Positions 1 through 9,272 of a stretch of 64,000 nt of DNA are shown piece by piece; position 1 is the stretch's first letter, and each line of letters starts with the position of its first letter. This DNA comes from Candidatus Magasanikiibacteriota bacterium (GTDB lineage Bacteria; Patescibacteriota; Patescibacteriia; Magasanikbacterales; UBA922): assembly GCA_003482855.1 (NCBI GenBank), contig DMXO01000005.1, positions 10,736 through 74,735 on the forward strand, in the 5' to 3' direction. Both the position numbers and the translations under genes were made by a program. The notes below the pieces were generated by a model. That model did not search any database and was not told the DNA's origin. It worked only from the letters and a program-made list of their open reading frames with translations.

Positions 1-2
1 AC

Positions 3-407
3 AAAAATTATATTGATCGCGTTGACCATACACTGAATTTGATTACTGGTCAGAGACCTATCCGTAACAAAGCAAAGAAATCCATTTCCAACTTCAAAAT
101 TAGAGAAGGTATGGAAATTGGTTCTTCTGTCACATTGAGAGGTCCACAAATGTATAATTTTCTATATAAATTAATCAATTTAACTTTTCCTCGCGTTCGT
201 GACTTTCGAGGTATCAGTCCAAAAAGTTTCGATGGGCAAGGTAATTATTCGATAGGATTCAAAGAACAGCTTGCATTTCCTGAAATTGGTGGCGAAGCAG
301 CAGATATTATTCATGGATTGCAGATCGTGGTATCAACTACTGCACGGACAAACGAAGAAGGTCGTGCATTACTTGAAAAAATGGGTTTTCCATTTAACAA
401 GAAATAA
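3..407 (+). CDS. rplE: 50S ribosomal protein L5 (5'-truncated by window edge)
   Basis: [38 protein letters not shown] motifs; frame is open from the window start; first gene of the spc run. Confidence 0.97.
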   Translation, partial: KNYIDRVDHTLNLITGQRPIRNKAKKSISNFKIREGMEIGSSVTLRGPQMYNFLYKLINLTFPRVRDFRGISPKSFDGQGNYSIGFKEQLAFPEIGGEAADIIHGLQIVVSTTARTNEEGRALLEKMGFPFNKK

Positions 408-425
408 TTGACAGGCAGAATATAT

Positions 426-614
426 ATGGCTACACAAGCACAAAAGGCAAAGACATTTAAACATAAACCAAAGTATAGTACTCGTATAGTACTTCGTTGT
501 TGGAAGTGCGGGCGAAAACATGGGTATATGAGAAAATTTGGTTTATGTCGTATATGTTTTAGAGAGTTGGCAAGTAAAGGTCTTATACCTGGTGTTAAAA
601 AATCAAGTTGGTAA
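426..614 (+). CDS. rpsN: 30S ribosomal protein S14, Zn-binding type
   Basis: RCWKCGR...[22 protein letters not shown]; ATG at 426 preferred over TTG at 408. Confidence 0.96.
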   Translation: MATQAQKAKTFKHKPKYSTRIVLRCWKCGRKHGYMRKFGLCRICFRELASKGLIPGVKKSSW

Positions 615-651
615 TTATTTTATATTATATATTTAGTACATAATAATCATT

Positions 652-1041
652 ATGATGACTGATCCTATTGCAGACATGCTTACACGAATTAGAAACGCTC
701 AGAGGGCACAGAAGCGATTTGTTGAGATTCCTTTTTCAAAGGTGAAATTTGCGATAGCAAAAATTTTGTCTGAGCAAGAATATCTTGGCTCAGTAGAGAA
801 GTCTGAAGGTATGCCTGCGTTGATAAAAGCTGAATTACGATATAATGGAAAAACTCCGGTCATATCAACTTTGAATCGTGAAAGTACGCCAGGTCACAGA
901 AAATATCGTAAAACTCAAGAATTACCCCAAGTGCTCAATGGGTACGGTATTGCTATTGTTTCCACTTCCCAAGGTATTATGACTGCTTTGGAAGCAAAAC
1001 AAAAAGGAATTGGTGGAGAGTTGTTGTGTACTGTTTATTAA
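652..1041 (+). CDS. rpsH: 30S ribosomal protein S8
   Basis: MMTDPIADMLTRIRNA; GIAIVSTSQG; GIGGELLC. Confidence 0.98.
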   Translation: MMTDPIADMLTRIRNAQRAQKRFVEIPFSKVKFAIAKILSEQEYLGSVEKSEGMPALIKAELRYNGKTPVISTLNRESTPGHRKYRKTQELPQVLNGYGIAIVSTSQGIMTALEAKQKGIGGELLCTVY

Positions 1042-1068
1042 TATTTAGAAATCTTTTAGCTTAGACTT

Positions 1069-1614
1069 ATGTCACGTATAGGAAAAAAGACAATTGAGAT
1101 ACCACAAGGTGTGACTGCTGAAATAAAAGACAGCGTGTTGACTGTAAAAGGACCAAAAGGAACACTTACACGTGTTATACATCCACATGTTACTATGCAG
1201 ATTGTTGATAATGCAATTACGACTGATGTTGGTGACAAAGAAGAGAAAAAAGAACGTGCATTGTGGGGTACATTTGCTGCTCACGCAAGAAACATGGTAA
1301 TAGGAGTTACACAAGGTTACAAAAAACAGCTTGAAATCAATGGTGTTGGTTACAAAGTGGCTATGCAGGGTAAGGATCTCAAATTTGAAGTTGGTTTTTC
1401 ACATCCTGTTATTTTCAAAGTTCCTGCAGAAGTCGTAGCATCAGTAGACAAAAATGTTATTACTCTTGAAAGTTTTGATAAAGAATTTCTTGGCAGTACT
1501 GCTGCAGAGATTCGCTCTATAAAGAAACCAGAACCATACAAAGGTAAGGGTATCAAATATATTGAAGAAGTGTTGAGACACAAGGCTGGTAAGACTGCTA
1601 CAAAGGGTGCATAA
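1069..1614 (+). CDS. rplF: 50S ribosomal protein L6
   Basis: MSRIGKK; VKGPKGTL; PEPYKGKGIKY. Confidence 0.98.
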   Translation: MSRIGKKTIEIPQGVTAEIKDSVLTVKGPKGTLTRVIHPHVTMQIVDNAITTDVGDKEEKKERALWGTFAAHARNMVIGVTQGYKKQLEINGVGYKVAMQGKDLKFEVGFSHPVIFKVPAEVVASVDKNVITLESFDKEFLGSTAAEIRSIKKPEPYKGKGIKYIEEVLRHKAGKTATKGA

Positions 1615-1638
1615 TTTTAATGTTGAAAGATTTTTATT

Positions 1639-2007
1639 ATGAAAATAACTACTAAACAACAACAGAGATACCGTAGACATATACGTTTTCGTTCTCGTGT
1701 ACAAGGTACGTCCGAACGCCCTCGCATGAGTGTGTATCGCAGTTTGACTGGTATGTATGTACAATTGGTAGATGACACCAATAGCAAGACATTGGCAAGT
1801 ATCCATAGCAAAACAATAAAAACAAATGTTGATGCAGGTGAGCGAAAGGGGAAAACGGCTGTTTCTTATATATTAGGTAAACAAATTGGTGAAAAAGCAA
1901 AAGAACTTGGTATTATATCTATCGTGTTTGATAGAGGTGGATTTACGTATCAAGGTCGTGTACAGGCGCTTGCAGAAGGCGCACGTGATGCTGGACTCAA
2001 ATTTTAA
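1639..2007 (+). CDS. rplR: 50S ribosomal protein L18
   Basis: GTSERPRMSVYRS; VFDRGGFTYQGRV.ALAEGAR.AGLKF. Confidence 0.98.
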   Translation: MKITTKQQQRYRRHIRFRSRVQGTSERPRMSVYRSLTGMYVQLVDDTNSKTLASIHSKTIKTNVDAGERKGKTAVSYILGKQIGEKAKELGIISIVFDRGGFTYQGRVQALAEGARDAGLKF

Positions 2008-2039
2008 TATTATATATTTACGTTTCCATAAAAAGGTAT

Positions 2040-2678
2040 ATGGCTAAACCACAACGAAATAGAAAAGATAGAGGACCAAAAGAAAGACCTGAATTTGACC
2101 AGGCTATTCTTGATCTCGCACGTGTGACTCGTGTTACCAAAGGTGGAAAACATCTTAGTTTTCGTGCTCTCGTGCTCATTGGAGATAGAAAAGGCCGTGT
2201 AGGTTATGGAGTTGAAAAGGGCGCTGATGTACAGATTGCCGTAGACAAGGCAGTCAACCAAGCAAAAAAGAATATTATTGTTGTTCCATTTGATAAAAAT
2301 ACTATACCTCATCGTGTTGAGGCAAAGTATAAATCTGGCAAAGTCATGGTAAAGCCAGCCCCAAAAGGTTCTGGTATCATTGCTGGTAGTGCTATCCGCT
2401 CAGTACTTGAACTTGCTGGTGTGCCAAATGCGAGCGCAAAAATGTTGGGTAAAACAAATAATAAAATTATAAATGTAAAGACAACATTCAAGGCGCTTGA
2501 ATCTTTTAAGCCAAAAGCTGTTGAGGATGCAAAGAGACGTAGAGATGCAGTGAAGCAAAATGTTTCAAAGAAAATAGAAACAGTTGAGGTTGCCCCAGAA
2601 AAAAAGGCAGACGATACGGTGAAAAAAACTAAAAAATCTGCTCCTAAAAAAGTAGAGCAAAAAGAACAAAAGAACTAA
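2040..2678 (+). CDS. rpsE: 30S ribosomal protein S5 with Lys/Glu-rich C-terminal extension
   Basis: RVTRVTKGGK..SFRALV.IGD..G.VGYG; PAPKGSGIIAG; VLELAGV. Confidence 0.97.
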   Translation: MAKPQRNRKDRGPKERPEFDQAILDLARVTRVTKGGKHLSFRALVLIGDRKGRVGYGVEKGADVQIAVDKAVNQAKKNIIVVPFDKNTIPHRVEAKYKSGKVMVKPAPKGSGIIAGSAIRSVLELAGVPNASAKMLGKTNNKIINVKTTFKALESFKPKAVEDAKRRRDAVKQNVSKKIETVEVAPEKKADDTVKKTKKSAPKKVEQKEQKN

Positions 2679-2695
2679 TCAAAGAATTTACTTGT

Positions 2696-3136
2696 ATGGC
2701 TTTATCTCCATCTACAATTTCATCTCGACGGATCAAAAAGAATACCAAACGCGTAGGCCGTGGCAATGGAAGTGGCAAAGGTACATATTCTGCTCGTGGT
2801 CTCAAGGGGCAACGCGCTCGATCTGGTGGTAAACGTGGCTTGCTCAAGCGTGCGTTCAAAGCACAACTTCAAAAAGTACCAAAATCCCGTGGATTTCGTA
2901 GTATAGCTATCCGGCCAGAGACTATTACACTTGCAGTTCTTGAAAGAAAGGCTGAACAGGGAATCGAAATCACACCATTTTATCTGAAACAGATAGGTCT
3001 CATAAAAAAAGCACAAAATGGTGTAAAAATAGTTGCAAGCGGTGAACTCAAGAAAAAACTCAATTTCAAAGGATGTCTTGCAACCAAAAAAGCCCTTGAA
3101 ATAATTGAGAAAGCAGGTGGAAAGCTGGTATACTAA
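2696..3136 (+). CDS. rplO: 50S ribosomal protein L15
   Basis: KRVGRGNGSGKGTYSARGLKGQRARSG; IEKAGG C-terminus. Confidence 0.97.
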   Translation: MALSPSTISSRRIKKNTKRVGRGNGSGKGTYSARGLKGQRARSGGKRGLLKRAFKAQLQKVPKSRGFRSIAIRPETITLAVLERKAEQGIEITPFYLKQIGLIKKAQNGVKIVASGELKKKLNFKGCLATKKALEIIEKAGGKLVY

Positions 3137-3173
3137 GTACCAGTTTTTGTCCTTATTATAACAGTAACAATGT

Positions 3174-4445
3174 ATGTGGGAAAAAATTCAGCGAACGTGG
3201 AAAATCAAAGATTTACGTAATAGAATTTTATTTGTTCTTGCGATGCTTGTTATTTTTCGTCTTGTTGCTCATATACCAGTGCCAGGTGTTGACACTGAAA
3301 ATTTGAAACGATTCCTCGAGGGTAATCAGGTGCTGGGTCTTCTCAATATTTTTTCTGGTGGCACCATGGAAAATTTTTCTCTTATCATGCTTGGTGTTGC
3401 ACCATATATTACCGCATCTATCATATTTCAGTTGTTGGCTATGATTGTTCCTAGCCTTGAAGAGCTCACCAAAGAGGGAGAGAGCGGACAGCAAAAGATC
3501 AACATGTATACTCGTCTTGCCACAGTGCCACTCGCATTACTTCAGGCATTTGGTATGATCAAACTTCTCGGACAATCACAATTCAGTATTGTAGGTGATC
3601 TCACCACCTATACGTATGTGTCTATTATGATTACCATTACTGCAGGTACCGTGTTTCTCATGTGGATTGGTGAGCTTGTTTCAGAAAAGAATATTGGTAA
3701 TGGTATATCTCTTTTGATTTTTGCAGGTATTGTTTCTTCATTACCAACCGTAGTACAAAACGCAATTGTCAACTATAACCCATCACAGGCATATCTATAT
3801 CTTATGTTTGTCGGACTTGCGATTGTTACTATCGTTGGCGTAGTCATCATTAATGAAGGACAACGAAATATTCCTGTAAGTTATGCAAAACAAGTAAGAG
3901 GCAATCGTACATTTGGGGGGAATAGTAGTCATTTGCCGTTACGTGTGAATATGGCTGGTGTTATCCCTATCATTTTTGCAATTTCTGTTGTATTATTTCC
4001 TTCGATGATTGCCCAGTTTTTTGTGAATGGCACTGGTTTTATGGCAAGCGCGAGCCGTCATGTCGTGGCATTATTTAATAACCAATTATTTTACGGTATA
4101 TTGTATTTCTTGCTTGTATTTGGTTTTACGTATTTTTACACCGCAGTTATTTTCCATCCGCAAAAAATGGCAGAGAACTTACAGCGTCAGGGTGCTTTTA
4201 TCCCCGGTATTCGTCCAGGCAAAGAAACTGAAAAATATTTGCAAAGTACTATGAGTAGATTGTTGTTTTCAGGGGCTCTATTTCTCGGATTGATTGCCAT
4301 CTTACCTCTTATAGTACGTGCATTTACTGGTTCTCAGTCTCTTGTGATTGGTGGCACGAGTTTGCTTATCGTCGTGAGTGTGGCAATTGAAATGGCCAAA
4401 CAGATTGAAAGCCAAATCAAGATGCATGAGTACGACCGAGTTTAG
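3174..4445 (+). CDS. secY: Preprotein translocase subunit SecY
   Basis: Multiple TM segments; LGVAPYITASII, GIGNGISL-like motif, AGVIPIIFA, FIPGIRPG, GGTSLLIVV. Confidence 0.98.
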   Translation: MWEKIQRTWKIKDLRNRILFVLAMLVIFRLVAHIPVPGVDTENLKRFLEGNQVLGLLNIFSGGTMENFSLIMLGVAPYITASIIFQLLAMIVPSLEELTKEGESGQQKINMYTRLATVPLALLQAFGMIKLLGQSQFSIVGDLTTYTYVSIMITITAGTVFLMWIGELVSEKNIGNGISLLIFAGIVSSLPTVVQNAIVNYNPSQAYLYLMFVGLAIVTIVGVVIINEGQRNIPVSYAKQVRGNRTFGGNSSHLPLRVNMAGVIPIIFAISVVLFPSMIAQFFVNGTGFMASASRHVVALFNNQLFYGILYFLLVFGFTYFYTAVIFHPQKMAENLQRQGAFIPGIRPGKETEKYLQSTMSRLLFSGALFLGLIAILPLIVRAFTGSQSLVIGGTSLLIVVSVAIEMAKQIESQIKMHEYDRV

Positions 4446-4556
4446 GTTTTAGGTAATTAGGGGAAAATAGGAAATTTTACGAGACCTGCTTTACGAGCGG
4501 GTTTTTTATTGAGGTTAGAATTTTTATCACCTAACACCTATAACCTAAATACCTAA
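4441..4556. repeat. Heptamer-periodic inverted repeat enclosing a terminator-like hairpin
   Basis: Left arm tttaggt-tttaggt-aattagg; right arm tcaccta-acaccta-taaccta-aatacctaa; encloses gacctgct-ttacg-agcgggtt followed by a T-run. Confidence 0.6.
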
Positions 4557-4622
4557 GGTAGGATGGTTGTCAAGAGACAACTCGTATGTTATATTATCTG
4601 TGCTTAAATAAGCTTATAATAT

Positions 4623-4949
4623 ATGGCCACAGGATTTTTTAGCTATTTGTTTGGCTTTGGGACAGGGAGTACATCTCTTTCTTCCAACGAACACGCAGTT
4701 TCAAGAGAAGATATTGAGAGGCTTGTTTCCACGTCTCGGATTGGAAGTTTGGACAATGTACACCAGGCAGAAGTCATTCGCGAAGCAATCATACAGCGAA
4801 GAGGGGGGGGTGGTAAGATTTCTATAAAACAAATAGATGAAATATTGCGAAAGTTAGAAAATAGCAAAGAAAGTCATGCAAGGATTAGTGAATTTGATAG
4901 AAAAGGAGTGCTTAAGCAGTTTGAAGAGTTTTTTGCAAAATACAACTAA
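4623..4949 (+). CDS. Hypothetical helical protein
   Basis: 108-aa ATG ORF filling the secY-adk gap; charged, helical composition; no family recognised. Confidence 0.7.
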   Translation: MATGFFSYLFGFGTGSTSLSSNEHAVSREDIERLVSTSRIGSLDNVHQAEVIREAIIQRRGGGGKISIKQIDEILRKLENSKESHARISEFDRKGVLKQFEEFFAKYN

Positions 4950-4974
4950 ATAATTTCGAAATTACATTTAATGT

Positions 4975-5640
4975 ATGAAGAAAATTATAATCCTCATGGG
5001 TGTTCCTGGTAGTGGAAAAGGAACTCAAGCTCGAAAATTAGCCACACGTTATGGTTATGCGCATATATCTACTGGAGATTTATTGCGTGCTTTGGACGCA
5101 GATCCACATGCAGACCCAGCTGATAAACAAATGCTTGCTGATACGATGAAGACAGGTAAACTTGTGCCCAATGAATTGACCTACAAATTGGCTTTTAAAG
5201 AAATAGAAAAAAATTTACAGGCAGGCAAAGGCGTTATTTTGGATGGCGCTATTCGCAGTGTAGAACAGGCTCAAGAATATCAGAAATTTTTTGAAAAAAA
5301 TAATGTTTTGGGTGAAGTTCTCGTAGTTGAAATAAAATTGTCTGATGAGACCAGCTGGAACCGATTAACCAAAAGAAAAGTGTGTCCTTCATGTGGATTT
5401 ATTTTGCCTTTTTCACCAGAAAATGAATTGAAAAAACAATGCCCTGAGTGTAATGGAGAATTAATCGTACGCAAAGATGATAACCCAGACACTATTAAGC
5501 AGCGTATTGCTGATCAAGGAAATATTGCTATTGGCTCTATTTTGGATTACTACAGGGACAGGGATGTGTTGTTTTCAGTCGATGGTGAACGCAGTATTGA
5601 TGAAGTGGATGAACACATGTCGAAATTACTAGAGGAATAA
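4975..5640 (+). CDS. adk: Adenylate kinase with Zn-binding lid
   Basis: GVPGSGKGTQ P-loop; HISTGDLLR; ILDG; CPSC...CPEC lid; RKDD. Confidence 0.96.
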   Translation: MKKIIILMGVPGSGKGTQARKLATRYGYAHISTGDLLRALDADPHADPADKQMLADTMKTGKLVPNELTYKLAFKEIEKNLQAGKGVILDGAIRSVEQAQEYQKFFEKNNVLGEVLVVEIKLSDETSWNRLTKRKVCPSCGFILPFSPENELKKQCPECNGELIVRKDDNPDTIKQRIADQGNIAIGSILDYYRDRDVLFSVDGERSIDEVDEHMSKLLEE

Positions 5641-5694
5641 TATTCCTCTTTTTCTTTTCGTATAGTATACTTATTCAATTGATGTATACATGTT

Positions 5695-6942
5695 ATGAAA
5701 CAAGCCCTTAAACATTTTTTCATACCTCACGAAGGGAATAATTATCATCCGCATATTTTGCATACCAAGCGGGCAATTATGTATAGTGGTATTTTTTTGG
5801 CTACCAAATTTATTGTTATTAGTTTTGCTGTTTTGTTGCCATTGCAAGTATTTGTTATGCCAGACGTCTTGCAGGTACAGCAAGAACAAATTATTGCTCT
5901 GACCAATGATATGCGTGCACGCAAAGGATTGCCTCTGCTTCATGATCAGACAAAATTATATGTATCGTCTCAGATGAAAGCAGATGATATGGCAGCAAAG
6001 CAATATTTTGAACACGTGGGTCCTGATGGGAAAGGACTCAAGGATTATATGTATGCAGCTCAGTACGATTATCGTTACGCAGGAGAGAATCTTGCAATGG
6101 GATTTAGCAACGCACAGGAGCTCGTGTATGCGTGGGCCAATAGCCCTACTCACTATGCCAATCTTATAGATACTGATTATAATGAGTTCGGTGTAGGGCT
6201 TGAGGTGGGTGAATACAATGGTGTACCGACGATATATGTGGCCCAGCATTTTGGCTCTCCTAGCATCACTACAAGCACACAAGAGGCAAATGAAAGCCCA
6301 GTGACTTCTACCTTCGTAGGTGAAGTAGCATCTAGCAAATTAGATACATCAGAAATTTATGTCGAGGCATCTGACGTTATCCACGAAAAAAATATTGCTC
6401 AATCCAATATACATGTAAATTCACCATCCATTGTATATAATAAAGATGTTTCTCGTGTATTTTGGCGTGAAGAAGACGGAAGGACAGTGCTTACTGCCAA
6501 AGCATATATCGTGGGGGATGTAGTATCTGCTATAGTTCGTGTGAATCAATATAGCATTGAGTTATTTCCCTCAGAGCAGCCGTTTGTATATCACGGAGAA
6601 ATCACAGTATTTGATTCGAGCGATAATTTGTTCAAGGTGATAACAACGCCTACTATCGCTATCAATGGTGTGAAGGACGTTTTTACGCAAGATACAATTT
6701 TGTGGAATACTGTCAAAGTCGTAGCACCCACACCTATGGAAAAATACACCCAGGCAAAAACATTGCTTGGTGGATTTACTCGTATCTTTGATATATCAAG
6801 GGGAATTTATCTGGGTTTTATCATCTTTTTTAGCATCGCCCTTGCTTTAAAAATTTTTATCGAATTTAGGAAACAACACCCTCATGTCATATTGCAGACC
6901 ATACTACTTATTGGACTTCTTGTTATATTATTTGAAGTATAG
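5695..6942 (+). CDS. Membrane-anchored CAP/SCP (YkwD-like) domain protein
   Basis: N-terminal TM; LTNDMR..GL..L, KADDM...YFEH, AGENLA.G, W.NSPTH.ANL, VAQHFG; two C-terminal TM segments. Confidence 0.85.
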   Translation: MKQALKHFFIPHEGNNYHPHILHTKRAIMYSGIFLATKFIVISFAVLLPLQVFVMPDVLQVQQEQIIALTNDMRARKGLPLLHDQTKLYVSSQMKADDMAAKQYFEHVGPDGKGLKDYMYAAQYDYRYAGENLAMGFSNAQELVYAWANSPTHYANLIDTDYNEFGVGLEVGEYNGVPTIYVAQHFGSPSITTSTQEANESPVTSTFVGEVASSKLDTSEIYVEASDVIHEKNIAQSNIHVNSPSIVYNKDVSRVFWREEDGRTVLTAKAYIVGDVVSAIVRVNQYSIELFPSEQPFVYHGEITVFDSSDNLFKVITTPTIAINGVKDVFTQDTILWNTVKVVAPTPMEKYTQAKTLLGGFTRIFDISRGIYLGFIIFFSIALALKIFIEFRKQHPHVILQTILLIGLLVILFEV

Positions 6943-6956
6943 CTTCTATAAAAACA

Positions 6957-7010
6957 AAACCCAGCTTACCTGTGAGACGTCCTAGAATGTCTCACGATAA
7001 GCCGGGCTTT
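6957..7010 (-). terminator. Long hairpin with a U-tract on the minus strand
   Basis: acccagcttac-ctgtgagacgt / atgtctcacg-ataagccgggc; A-run at 6950-6959 reads as a T-run on the minus strand. Confidence 0.6.
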
Positions 7011-7208
7011 GAAATTACCCTGCGTTTGTAAAGAACAGCAGAGTGAAAGGACAAATACCAATTCTCGAGAAATGAACGTGCCAACTACCCATAGTGGCTC
7101 GTTCTTTTTTGGTAGGCAAGTAGTATAGCAGATCGTGTATAGTTTGTGGAGGGTAGTACAATGTTGATAACTTGCCTTTTTAGTGTCTTATTGATAAGAT
7201 ATTTCTAT

Positions 7209-8057
7209 ATGTCATATATAAAAACATCCGAAGAAATAAAACTTCTTATAGAAGGAGGCAAAATTCTGGGTGAGATTTTGGAAGAAATTTCACACATGGC
7301 AGTGCCCGGAGCTACTGCTTTTGATATTGATGCGCGCGCTGAAAAGCTTATCAAAAAAGCAGGTGGGAGGCCTGCATTCAAAGGTTATCGCGGACGTAAA
7401 TATGATCCACCATTTCCTTCTACTATCTGTGCGTCGCTCAATGAGGAACTTGTACATGGCATTGCAACCAAAGAAAAGATTTTGAAAGACGGAGATATTT
7501 TTAGTATTGATATCGGGATGGAATATCCCGTTAGAAGTTCCAAGATACAAGAAACAATTTCCAAAAAAATTTCAAATTACAAATCTTCACGAGGGTATTT
7601 TACGGACACGGCTATTACCGTGATTGTTGGTGAAGTTCCAGAGAAAACAAAACAACTGTTGAATGTGACTAAAAAAGCATTGGAAATCGGAATTAAACAA
7701 TGCACGGTCGGGAATACAGTTGCAGATATTGGCCGTGCAATCCAAGATTATGTAGAGCCACAAGGCTATGGTATTGTGCGTGATTTGGTAGGGCATGGAG
7801 TTGGTCATGCAGTGCACGAGGATCCACGCGTCCCCAATTTTTATGAAAAAGATGGTGAACAGTGGGAATTACGTCCTGGTGTAGTGATTGCTATAGAACC
7901 TATGATATCAATAGGAGATTATATGGTCGAGACAGCTGATGATGGATGGAGTATATCTATGAAAGACAAAAGTTTGTGCGCTCATTTTGAACACACTATT
8001 GTTATTACCGAAGATGGACCGTTGGTAATTACAAGGAGACCATGTGAAATTTTTTAA
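7209..8057 (+). CDS. map: Methionine aminopeptidase type I with ~20-aa insertion
   Basis: ICASLNEELVHGI; IDIG..; DTAIT; GHGVGHAVHEDP; AIEPM; AHFEHT; ATG at 7209 preferred over GTG at 7146. Confidence 0.96.
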   Translation: MSYIKTSEEIKLLIEGGKILGEILEEISHMAVPGATAFDIDARAEKLIKKAGGRPAFKGYRGRKYDPPFPSTICASLNEELVHGIATKEKILKDGDIFSIDIGMEYPVRSSKIQETISKKISNYKSSRGYFTDTAITVIVGEVPEKTKQLLNVTKKALEIGIKQCTVGNTVADIGRAIQDYVEPQGYGIVRDLVGHGVGHAVHEDPRVPNFYEKDGEQWELRPGVVIAIEPMISIGDYMVETADDGWSISMKDKSLCAHFEHTIVITEDGPLVITRRPCEIF

Positions 8058-8067
8058 TAACCAAAAT

Positions 8068-8189
8068 ATAAATAAAATCCTAAACTCGAAATCCTAAACA
8101 AACTCAAATTACGTAATCTCAAATGTTTAAAACATTATTAATTTGAATATTTGAATTTGTTTAGAGTTTAGAATTTAGTACTTAAATTT
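8068..8189. repeat. Heptamer-periodic palindromic element, family A copy 1
   Basis: aaatcct-aaactcg-aaatcct-aaacaaa-ctcaaat ... atttgaatttgtttagagtttagaatttag; aligns by eye with 63559-63703. Confidence 0.75.
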
Positions 8190-8192
8190 TTT

Positions 8193-8570
8193 ATGAATGT
8201 TCTTGCCATAGATTATGGTAGAAAGAAGATTGGTCTTGCTTGGCTCCAAGAAGGTCTTGATGTTGTTTTACCTTTTGGTCAGATTCAAACCAAGCGATTC
8301 AAATATGAGCTTGCTAAAATTATTCAAGAAGAGAACATAGGTAAGGCAGTAGTGGGGCTTCCCCTCGGCATTAATGGGGAAGAAAATGAAAATACACAGC
8401 GTGTGCACGATTTCGTAGAAGTATTGAAGCAAAAAATAAATATACCCATTGAATTTATGGATGAACGTTTCACAACAGCTCAGGCAAAGCGTATGGATGG
8501 GGGAGTTAGTCTTGATGAGAAGGCAGCTATGCTTATTTTACAAGCGTATTTGGATAAAAGTAAACAATAA
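8193..8570 (+). CDS. ruvX: Putative pre-16S rRNA nuclease YqgF/RuvX
   Basis: LAIDYG.KKIGLA; VVGLP; DERFTT; D..AA.LILQ.YLD. Confidence 0.93.
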   Translation: MNVLAIDYGRKKIGLAWLQEGLDVVLPFGQIQTKRFKYELAKIIQEENIGKAVVGLPLGINGEENENTQRVHDFVEVLKQKINIPIEFMDERFTTAQAKRMDGGVSLDEKAAMLILQAYLDKSKQ

Positions 8571-8613
8571 AATAGTAAATAGAATCTGTTTGCTATCTAT
8601 TGTTTATTAAATT

Positions 8614-9261
8614 ATGCAGGCAATTATCCTTTCCCGTCGAGATTTCCGCGAGTATGATCAGATAATATCAGTGTATACGAAGGAACAGGGTAAACTCGAA
8701 CTTCTCGCGCGTGGTATAAAAAAAATTACTAGCAAAAATTCGGCTCATATTGAGCCGTTTTCTGTCGTGGATATTGATATAGCAGAGGGGCATGAGATAA
8801 ACCATCTTACCAAAGTACAACCAGTTGAATATTTTAAAAACATTAGACAAGATTTGCAAAAAAGTTTAGCAGCACAATATGTCGTCTCCATCACTGATAA
8901 ATTCGTGCAAGTGGGGGAGCGGGATGAACGGATTTTTGAGGGGCTCAAGACATGGCTTGAATTTTTAAATATCCCAATATCCCAATATCCCAATATCTTA
9001 ATAATTGATTGTTATATTGTTGAATTGTTATATTGTCTGGGCTTTGCCATGAGTGAGGATCCAAAAATGAAGCGATGGAAGCAGAAGCTTGAGATTATGG
9101 AACGTGGGGATTGGCAAGTCGTTGCCCAACTTGAATATGATGAACAGTTACACAAAAAAATATATGAGTTTTTGTTATATCATACAGAACGAAAAGTGCC
9201 AGATTGGGCCAAAACTTGCATGATTGAGCCAAATTTGGTAGTATCAATGAACGATAAGTAA
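8614..9261 (+). CDS. recO: DNA repair protein RecO (no Zn-finger seen)
   Basis: N-terminal OB fold AIILSRRDFREYD.I..VYT...GK..L.ARG..K..SK; helical C-terminal part. Confidence 0.88.
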   Translation: MQAIILSRRDFREYDQIISVYTKEQGKLELLARGIKKITSKNSAHIEPFSVVDIDIAEGHEINHLTKVQPVEYFKNIRQDLQKSLAAQYVVSITDKFVQVGERDERIFEGLKTWLEFLNIPISQYPNILIIDCYIVELLYCLGFAMSEDPKMKRWKQKLEIMERGDWQVVAQLEYDEQLHKKIYEFLLYHTERKVPDWAKTCMIEPNLVVSMNDK

Positions 9262-9272
9262 TAATTTAGTGT

